Shown piece by piece: positions 57,165 through 64,000 of a DNA stretch of 64,000 nt. Below the pieces are notes generated by a model. It saw only the letters and a list, made by a program, of their open reading frames with translations, had not been told where the DNA came from and ran no database searches. The stretch is from positions 1,927 through 65,926 of the forward strand of contig JAJQBY010000119.1 in assembly GCA_021203045.1 (NCBI GenBank). Reading direction: 5' to 3'. Position 1 is the stretch's first letter, and every line of letters begins with the position of its first letter. The DNA is from Oscillospiraceae bacterium (GTDB taxonomy: Bacteria > Bacillota > Clostridia > Oscillospirales > Oscillospiraceae). A program made the position numbers and the translations under genes.

Positions 57165-59040
57165 TCACTCAGACAGAAATCCCTCAAAGGGAACGGGTGT
57201 GTCGTCCGGCAGAGGTCTTATCTCCGGAGATGTAACAAGCCTGACATGCCACACCTTACCGCCCGTCATCGAGTTGCCGGTGGATATAAGCTCAACCTTA
57301 TTTTCCTGGCTCAGCTCCGTTTTTGCCCTCTTTACGGCCGATTGGCTATACCCCTCCCCCACGGCGGCGTCCTCCAGCTGCTTGCGGGTCATCCGGCCCC
57401 CGGCGGATTCCAGGGCGGAGAGGATGAACTGCTTGCAGTCCTCCCGGACGGGGGCGGTATGGGGCTGTTGCTTTTGCTCAACAAAATCGCGGTCCCGCTT
57501 CCAGGTATATCCCCGGAGCCGGATGCGGCCGTTGCCGTCTATCTCATAGAGCACCGTCCGGCGGGGGGTGTCGTTGCTGGATTTCTCGTGGCTGAGATAT
57601 CGCTCTCCCGGCGCGCCGGTATACCCGGCCATAATCACCGACCGGGCGATATCCCAAAGATCGGCGCTGTCTGCTATCCGGTCCCGGCCGGAGGCCCGGA
57701 GGCGCTTACCGGAGGCGCTTATTGGTATGGCAGATGAGCAGGAAGGTGATGCCCAGCTCCTCCCCCAGGGCGGAGAGCTGATTGAAGCAGTGGCGCATGG
57801 CGTTCCGGCTGCCCATATTCACCTCCGGGGGCAGGAAGGACTGAATGGGGTCGAACACGCATACGGCGGGCCGCAGGCTCCGGAGCACCTGCTCCATCTC
57901 CGGGGCGCCGAACTTGAACCGGCTGAGAAAGCCGGATTTATCCGAACGCATGTCCATCGCCCGGATGCGGCGCAGGTCGCCGTCCGCCAGGCGGAGCTTT
58001 TTCAGCAGCCGCTTCCGGAGGCTGTCCTCTGTGGTGCAAAACGCCACATCCAGAGGCCGCCGCTCATAGCCCGGCGGGTCCAGCAGACAGGCCCGTCCGG
58101 CGCTGAATGCGGAGAGCAGCTCCACCCATAGGGTGGTCTTTCCCAGGCCGCCCTCGGCGGCTATCAGGGTGACGCCCCCCTCCGGTATCCAGCCGGGGAC
58201 CAGCCACCGGGCCTCCTCCTCCTGCAAATCGCTGGCCCGGGGAAACCCTGCCAGCACCCCCTCCGAGGGGGCGGGCTTTTCCATATCCGGCACGCCGGAT
58301 ACCTTCTCCAGCAGGGCCTGAACCAGAGGGAGCTTCTCGCCGGAGGCGAGATAATCGGACACATCGGCGTGCTCCGGGGCCTCCGGCCAAAGCTCCCGCA
58401 GGTCCACAAGCTTCAGAGCGGAGGCCTTATCATACAGCCGCTCCGCCAGGTCGTGGGCGTAGGCCCGGCCGGGGTCGTCGTTATCCGGCAGGAGGACGCA
58501 GAGCTTTCCCTCCATCGGCTGGGCGTATTCCGGCCGCCAGTTGCTTTTCGCCCCATCCGGCAGGGACAGGGCGCAGAGCCCCAGCGCATCCAGGGTGTCC
58601 ACATCCTTCTCCCCCTCCACCAGAAACAGCAGCCCCTCCGGGCCCGGGTCCCGCCGCCAGTACAGGGGCGCGGACGGCCCCCGGCCGGGCCGCCATTTTC
58701 CGTTTTCCAGATGCTGCCAGTAAAAGTGCTTGCCCCCGTCGGCGTGGCGCACCTTCACCTTCTTCACCTGCCCCCCGGGATAGACGTATTCCGCCTCCGG
58801 CCAGCTGTCCCGGGGCGCAAGCTCCCGGTCCGGGAACAGGTCCGCCAGCCGCAGGCCCATAGCGCTCATCACCGCCGTCACAGAGCATCCGGCGTGGCAC
58901 TTTATCAGCACCCGCCCCTCCTCACCGGGGCTTACGGACAGGCTCTGATGCCGGTCGTCATGGGCCGGGCACCGGGCCATATAGCCCTCCCCGCACCGGC
59001 GGACATCCGACAGATGGGACAGTAAATCTTCAATTTTCAT
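57165..59040 (-). pseudogene. Mobile-element primase / replicative ATPase fusion (CHC2-like zinc finger + Toprim + AAA_25 RepA-like P-loop + C-terminal winged-helix-like tail), frameshifted
   Basis: CPAHDDRHQSLSV...CHAGC zinc motif, Toprim LFLVEGEKDVDTLDALG...LLPDNDDPG, Walker A AAEGGLGKTT, ICHTNK. The ORF stops at 57706. The downstream frame continues ...ASGRDRIADSADLWDIARSVIMAGY... to 57165. Confidence 0.75.
57696..57721. repeat. Perfect 13-bp tandem duplication (ccggaggcgctta x2) that breaks the primase/ATPase ORF
   Basis: Read directly at 57696..57708 and 57709..57721; the premature TAA (57706..57708) lies in one copy. Removing one copy gives HTNKRLRASGRDRIADS... in frame (1876-13 = 1863 nt). 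Confidence 0.9.
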
Positions 59041-59226
59041 AGTGTTCCCTCCGTTGCTTAATAAAATTATGGCAACATTAGTAGCACTCCATTTTGCGAA
59101 AGTCAACTACCATTTCTAGGTTGTTGCATGGATTTGTAGGATATTGCAATTTCAAAAGGCAATTTTTGTTTATTTTTGGGACTTGACATAACCTCCGCCC
59201 CATCGGTGAACACCGATAACTCAGCA

Positions 59227-59255
59227 TTGACAGGGCCGGTCCCCTGTGGTAGCAT
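59227..59255 (+). promoter_or_regulatory. Sigma-A-type promoter upstream of the alcohol dehydrogenase gene
   Basis: TTGACA - 17 nt - TAGCAT. Confidence 0.5.
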
Positions 59256-59296
59256 AGACTGAAATCCATCCATAAATTGAAGTATCGAGGCGCAAC

Positions 59297-60508
59297 ATGA
59301 ATCCAATCAGAAAGCTATACTGCCGCACCTTCCAGCTGTGCCTGCGCATCGCCCTGCCCTTCCTGCCCTATCGGGAGCCGAAGCTGCTGCTGAATCTGGA
59401 CGACGCCAAGGCGGAGCTGAACCGGCTGGGATATACGAAGGTGCTTATCGTGACGGACCCGTACCTCTCGGAGCATCTGCTGCCGGAGGGCATCCTCCCG
59501 GCCCTGCGGGACGGGGGCATCGAGTACGCGCTGTATGACCGGACGGTGTCCAATCCCACTGTGGAGAACGTGGAGGAGGCCCGGCGGATGTATCTGGACC
59601 AGCACTGTCAGGCCATCATCGCCATCGGGGGCGGGTCCTCCATCGACTGCGCCAAGGCCGCCGGAGCCCGTATCGTCAAGCCCCGGCAGCCGGTGGACAA
59701 AATGCGTGGCCTGCTGAAGATACGCCGCCGCCTGCCCGACCTTATCGCGGTGCCCACCACCGCCGGCACCGGGAGCGAGACCACCCTGGCCGCCGTCATC
59801 ACCGACCCGGCGACCCATCATAAATATCCCATCAACGCCTTCGCCCTCATCCCCCACTATGCCATTCTGGACTATCATCTGACCCTGGGCCTGCCCCCTC
59901 AGGTCACCGCCACCACCGGCATGGACGCCCTGACCCACGCCGTGGAGGCGTATATCGGCCGGAGCACCACCCGGCACACCCGGGCGATGGCCATCGAGGC
60001 GGTGAAGCTCATCCGGGAAAACCTCCTCCCGGCCTATGACAACGGTCAGGACATAGAGGCCCGGAGGAACATGCAGCGGGCCGCCTATTGCGCAGGCGTG
60101 GCCTTCACCCAGTCCTATGTGGGCTATGCCCATGGGGTGGCTCACTCCCTGGGGGGACGATACGGCACCCCGCACGGCCTGGCAAACGCCGTCCTCCTGC
60201 CTATGGTGCTGGAGGCATACGGGGAGAGCTGCCATAAGCGGCTGGGCCGCCTGTCCCGCATCTGCGGCATCGCCCCGGAGGGCGCATCGGACGCAGAGGC
60301 CAGCGGCGCCTTCATTGCCTGGATACGGGAGATGAACCGGAACATGAACATCCCGGACCACCTGACCGGCATCCGCCGGGAGCATATCCCCGCCATGGCA
60401 CAATACGCGGATGCGGAGAGCAATCCCCTCTATCCCGTCCCGAAGCTGATGAACGCCAGGGAGCTGGAGGCCCTGTATATCCGTGTCGCCGGGGAGGATT
60501 TGGAGTAA
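59297..60508 (+). CDS. Iron-containing (group III) alcohol dehydrogenase
   Basis: GGGSSIDCAKA, VPTTAGTGSE, metal-binding His motifs (THAVEAY, HGVAHSLGG...HG). Confidence 0.9.
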   Translation: MNPIRKLYCRTFQLCLRIALPFLPYREPKLLLNLDDAKAELNRLGYTKVLIVTDPYLSEHLLPEGILPALRDGGIEYALYDRTVSNPTVENVEEARRMYLDQHCQAIIAIGGGSSIDCAKAAGARIVKPRQPVDKMRGLLKIRRRLPDLIAVPTTAGTGSETTLAAVITDPATHHKYPINAFALIPHYAILDYHLTLGLPPQVTATTGMDALTHAVEAYIGRSTTRHTRAMAIEAVKLIRENLLPAYDNGQDIEARRNMQRAAYCAGVAFTQSYVGYAHGVAHSLGGRYGTPHGLANAVLLPMVLEAYGESCHKRLGRLSRICGIAPEGASDAEASGAFIAWIREMNRNMNIPDHLTGIRREHIPAMAQYADAESNPLYPVPKLMNARELEALYIRVAGEDLE

Positions 60509-60524
60509 AGCAGAGAATATAAGA

Positions 60525-60559
60525 GCAGCCGCCGGAGGGTCTGTGCCCCCGGCGGCTGC
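60525..60559. terminator. Hairpin between the convergent adh and ACP genes
   Basis: gcagccgccgg / ccggcggctgc 11-bp stem, 13-nt loop, poor U-tract. Confidence 0.35.
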
Positions 60560-60585
60560 GCTGTGTTATATGCTGCTTGTCTTTA

Positions 60586-60810
60586 TCAGTAATACTTCTC
60601 CACCAGTGCCACGATGGTATCCAGGCTGTAGAAGTTCTCCGGCAGAATCTCCCTTGAGGGGATGTCGATGTCCAGATCATCGTTCAGTTGGTTCACCATA
60701 GCCACAACGGCGAAGGAGTCGATGACCTTTCCCAGCACCAGGTCGGTCTCCGTCTCAAAGTCCACATCGGGGACCACGTCCAGAAGTATCTCCAGAACCT
60801 TTTCTCTCAT
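60586..60810 (-). CDS. Acyl/peptidyl carrier protein (DltC-like)
   Basis: 74 aa, with the phosphopantetheine-attachment motif context GKVIDSFAVVAMV. Confidence 0.75.
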   Translation of the reverse strand: MREKVLEILLDVVPDVDFETETDLVLGKVIDSFAVVAMVNQLNDDLDIDIPSREILPENFYSLDTIVALVEKYY

Positions 60811-60875
60811 TTTGTATATTCCTCCATTTATATATGAATAATAATGAATAAACCTGTTATTTGCGGGATAAATAT

Positions 60876-61460
60876 TTATTTTGCCCGCTTCCGGCCCGCC
60901 TCGCTGGCGATGAGCTGCTCGGCCTTATCCAGCACTCCTCTGTCGCGCTCCTTGATGCGCCTGGCGGGGCAGCCCACATATACGCCCCAGGGCTCGGTGG
61001 ACTTGGAGATCATGCTCATGGCCCCGAAGGAGCAGCCCTCTCCGATATGCACCCCGGGCAGGATGACGCAGTGGGTGGCGATCAGGACGTGCTTGTCCAG
61101 GATGACCGGCTCCTCCGTCAGCTTGCGGAAGCGGGGCGGCACGGTGGGATTGTTCATATAGGGGCCCACATAGTCGTCCGTAATGCCATAGAAGGAGCAG
61201 TGGGAGGATATGCCGCTGAAATCATCGATCTCGATGCGGGACGAGCCGCTGTACAGCTCGCAGTTGGAGCTGATGTGGATGTGATTTCCGATGCGGATAT
61301 GCCCGTTCAGGACGGTGAAGTCGTCTATCTCCACATCGTCCCCGATCTCGATCTGATCGGTGTGATACAGCTTGCAGGTGCGGCAGATCAGCACCCGCTT
61401 GCCCAGGCTCTTAAAGCCCATGGCCCGCAGCTCTTTGTTGGAAAAATAATCAATATCCAT
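60876..61460 (-). CDS. Hexapeptide-repeat (left-handed beta-helix) acyl/acetyltransferase
   Basis: Repeated [LIV]-G-x4 hexapeptides (IEIGDDVEIDDFTVLNGHIRIGNHIHISSNCELY...HVLIATHCVILPGVHIGEGCSFGA). Confidence 0.8.
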   Translation of the reverse strand: MDIDYFSNKELRAMGFKSLGKRVLICRTCKLYHTDQIEIGDDVEIDDFTVLNGHIRIGNHIHISSNCELYSGSSRIEIDDFSGISSHCSFYGITDDYVGPYMNNPTVPPRFRKLTEEPVILDKHVLIATHCVILPGVHIGEGCSFGAMSMISKSTEPWGVYVGCPARRIKERDRGVLDKAEQLIASEAGRKRAK

Positions 61461-61513
61461 GAATTTTCCTCCATCTTTAGTGATTATTTAAGGGTTTTCT
61501 TTGCATAATTATA

Positions 61514-62683
61514 TCATTCCGGGGTATTCAGCGGGTCCAGGCCGATATGCCCTCTGGCCACATGAGGGGGCTGTCCCTCCCGGCATATGACCACCGCCGG
61601 AAGGTCCCGGCTCAGGAGGAAGGCGAAGCCCTCGTTGATGGAATAGGCCCCCGTCCGGCAGAAGGCCAGCAGGTCTCCCCGCTGTATGGGCGGGGTGGAC
61701 ACCCGGCGCACCAGCACATCGTTCGGTGTGCAGAGGCTGCCGCACACGCACCAGTCCTCCGGCTCGCCCTTCCCTCCGGTCAGGCGGCGGATATCCGGCA
61801 CCTGGGTGCCCTTCATCTGGCCGTCATAGTTCATCTGGTGCAGGCCCCCGTCCACAATGGCATAGCGGAAGCCGCAGTTTGTCTTGGTGTCCATCACCGT
61901 GGTGATATAGCTGCCGCAGGAGGCGGCATAGAACCGGCCCATCTCCACCGTCAGGTCGTATTTCTTCCCCATCGCCCGGATGAGGGGGGCGGTATCCCGG
62001 AGCAGAGCCTCCTCCGCGCTGTCCGGGTCCTCTCCGAAGTAGTCAATCCACAGGCCGGGGCCGTATTCGATCTTCGTCATAGCCAGGCCCGTCTCCTCCC
62101 ATATCCGGCGGATGAGCCCGTCCAGCTTGTCCAGCTCCCGGCCGATCAGGGTGGTGCGCTTTTTCAGCGTGCCGGAGAAATAGTGCAGGCCGGTGATCTC
62201 TATATTTGGATAATTATCCCTCTCCGCTGCAAGGCGGACAAGCTCCTCCTCGTCCATGCCGAATTGGTTATCCGATGTAAGTCTCAGCAACACCGGGACC
62301 TTCCGGCCTCTGGCTTCGGCGGCCTTCTGAATATATTCAGCGTGGAGCATGCTCTCCACTGTGAATATATATACATTATCGTCCATCGCCCGTTCCACGC
62401 TCTCCATGGTCTTGTTCACCCCGGAGAATACGATGGTGCTCAGGTCCGCCCCGGCGTTTTCGCATACGGTCAGCTCCCCGGGGCTGCATACCTCCAGACG
62501 GTCAATATCCTCCGGCAGGCACCGGAGAAGGAAGGGATTTGCCTTGATGGAATAGCACAGGGCCACATCCGGCCCGAAGGCGTCCCGCACCAGGGCCAGC
62601 CGCCGGGCGAACTCGTCCGCATCGAAGACATATAAGGGCGTGCCGTATTCCCGGGCCAGGGCCAGCAGCTTTTCGTTATCCAT
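61514..62683 (-). CDS. Type III (alanine-racemase-fold) PLP-dependent decarboxylase, Orn/DAP/Arg decarboxylase family
   Basis: YGTPLYVFD, PLP lysine context YSIKANP, GLHYFSG, C-terminal CGSLCTPNDVL. Confidence 0.8.
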   Translation of the reverse strand: MDNEKLLALAREYGTPLYVFDADEFARRLALVRDAFGPDVALCYSIKANPFLLRCLPEDIDRLEVCSPGELTVCENAGADLSTIVFSGVNKTMESVERAMDDNVYIFTVESMLHAEYIQKAAEARGRKVPVLLRLTSDNQFGMDEEELVRLAAERDNYPNIEITGLHYFSGTLKKRTTLIGRELDKLDGLIRRIWEETGLAMTKIEYGPGLWIDYFGEDPDSAEEALLRDTAPLIRAMGKKYDLTVEMGRFYAASCGSYITTVMDTKTNCGFRYAIVDGGLHQMNYDGQMKGTQVPDIRRLTGGKGEPEDWCVCGSLCTPNDVLVRRVSTPPIQRGDLLAFCRTGAYSINEGFAFLLSRDLPAVVICREGQPPHVARGHIGLDPLNTPE

Positions 62684-62694
62684 AGTCGTTCACC

Positions 62695-64000
62695 TCACAA
62701 CAGGGTCTTGAGATAGGTCCGGTCTATCTTGCCGTTGGCGTTCAGGGGCATGCTCTCCAGCACCACCAGCCGCCGGGGCAGCATATAATCCGGCAGCCTG
62801 CCGGCCAGGGCCTGATTCAGGTCCCGGAGCTTCAGGTCCGGTGTCGCGGTGGTGCAAAACAGGGTGATTCGCTCCTTATCCTTATTATAAAGGCAGCAGG
62901 CAAGCTCTATAAAATCCAGGGCGTTGGCCGCCGCCTCGATCTCTCCCAGCTCGATGCGATAGCCCTTATACTTGATCTGATAGTCCGTCCGGGACATGAA
63001 CACCAGGTCGCCCTCCTCATTGTACCGGGCCCAGTCTCCCGTCCGGAGCAGACGGCGCTTCCGCCCGTCTATCTCCAGCTGGATAAAGGTTGCGGCGGTC
63101 TTCTCCGGGTCGTTCACATATCCGTCCCCCAGGGCCTGGCTCTCCACCAGTATCTCCCCCTGCCCGGCGGACAGGGCTCCGTCCTGATAGAGATATATCC
63201 GGGTGTTCGCCAGAGGCTGACCGATGGGCAGCGCCTCCGGCAGCGGCTCCTCCCGGGGGATGTGATACAGGCAGCATATCCCCGCCAGCTCCGAGGAGCC
63301 GTAGAGGTTTATGAATTCCACCTCCGGCAGGGCCGTCCGCCAGGCCTCCAGGTCCTTGATGGGGAATACCTCCCCCACAAAGCATACCCGCCGCAGGGTG
63401 GTGGGCAGGATATCCCGGAAGGTCCGGAGCCGGGCCACCACCGCCAGGGCCGACGGCACCCAGGAGATAAACGATATAGCCTTTTCGTTTAAGTATTCTA
63501 TCAGGGTCACCGGGAAGGCGAACTTCGCCGAGGGGATGATCTCCAGCCTGGCCCCGGTTTTCAGCATGAGATAGATGTCCTTCGCCGAGGCGTCGAAGCA
63601 GAAGGGGGTCTGGTTGCCGATGATCTCATCATCGGAAAAGTCCAGCTCCGGGACGTAGGCCTCTATGAAGTCCATCACCGCCCCGTGGCTCTTTCGGATG
63701 CCCTTGGGGTCGCCGGTGGAGCCGGAGGTATAGATGATGTAAAGCCCGTCCTCCCCCGCCGGTGTGACCGCCGGAGCCTCTGCTCCCGGCAGGTCCAGGC
63801 TGTCCCAGGGGATATAGACACAGCTCTCCCCTGCGCCGTCATACTCCCCCTCGCCGAAGCCCAGGATGAGCCCTATCCCGGCGTGGCGGAGTATTCGCTG
63901 GTTCTTCTCTGCCGGGGCCTCCGGGTTCAGGGGCACATAGCACACCCCCGCCGCAGCGCACCCCAGCATAGCGGCGATCACCGCCGCCCGCCGCTGGGCG
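62695..64000 (-). CDS. ANL-superfamily adenylating enzyme (DltA-like amino acid--carrier protein ligase); 5' end lies outside the window
   Basis: A3 core YIIYTSGSTGDPKGI, YRTGD-like LLRTGDWARY, A10 NANGKIDR. The ORF is open to the window edge. Confidence 0.8.
   Translation of the reverse strand, partial: AQRRAAVIAAMLGCAAAGVCYVPLNPEAPAEKNQRILRHAGIGLILGFGEGEYDGAGESCVYIPWDSLDLPGAEAPAVTPAGEDGLYIIYTSGSTGDPKGIRKSHGAVMDFIEAYVPELDFSDDEIIGNQTPFCFDASAKDIYLMLKTGARLEIIPSAKFAFPVTLIEYLNEKAISFISWVPSALAVVARLRTFRDILPTTLRRVCFVGEVFPIKDLEAWRTALPEVEFINLYGSSELAGICCLYHIPREEPLPEALPIGQPLANTRIYLYQDGALSAGQGEILVESQALGDGYVNDPEKTAATFIQLEIDGRKRRLLRTGDWARYNEEGDLVFMSRTDYQIKYKGYRIELGEIEAAANALDFIELACCLYNKDKERITLFCTTATPDLKLRDLNQALAGRLPDYMLPRRLVVLESMPLNANGKIDRTYLKTLL

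Overview
This 64-kb window is a high-GC, spore-forming Firmicutes (Clostridia, Oscillospiraceae-like) chromosome segment. The taxonomic guess rests only on gene content (spoIVA, sigK, sigH, cotJ, yunB, cwlD) and composition. Most of it is conserved core. It holds the canonical rimP-nusA-ylxR-ylxQ-infB-rbfA-nrnA-truB-ribF block followed by ruvCAB, plus radA, ispE, glpK, fba/pfk, ligA, murD and sporulation genes. Coding density is high, and I saw no rRNA, tRNA or CRISPR array. The accessory or unusual content is as follows. (1) A tightly coupled, lower-GC HD-phosphohydrolase / TIR-domain (721 aa, about 570 aa of unrecognisable C-terminus) / ADP-ribose-pyrophosphatase-like Nudix cassette lies at 7.7-11.1 kb. 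It runs on into an MFS transporter and a lipoprotein, and it is my best candidate for an undescribed NAD-derived nucleotide signalling or defence module. (2) A 2.3-kb orphan mobile-element replication module (zinc-finger/Toprim primase fused to an AAA_25 RepA-like ATPase) is split by a perfect 13-bp tandem duplication. Immediately 3' of it lies a SaPI/PICI-like origin architecture, with CTAACTGCGCA-type repeats and inverted repeats flanking an AT-rich core. (3) A DUF4258 / YgiT-zinc-finger toxin-antitoxin-like pair. (4) A P1B-type ATPase-like gene lacking the actuator domain and carrying degenerate catalytic motifs, translationally coupled to class II fba. (5) Several genes are broken by small indels: a 5-bp tandem duplication in the gene after radA, a 1-nt deletion in a sensor kinase, and a gutted sodium:solute symporter. 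(6) Two apparent gene fusions, TrmK-NIF3 and CotJA-CotJB. (7) At the right edge, a carrier-protein cassette: DltA-like adenylating enzyme, type III PLP decarboxylase, hexapeptide acyltransferase and ACP. Many long ORFs in the six-frame track are antisense shadows of real genes, as expected at this GC content, and were rejected. All functional calls come from motif and sequence recognition by eye; no database search was run.
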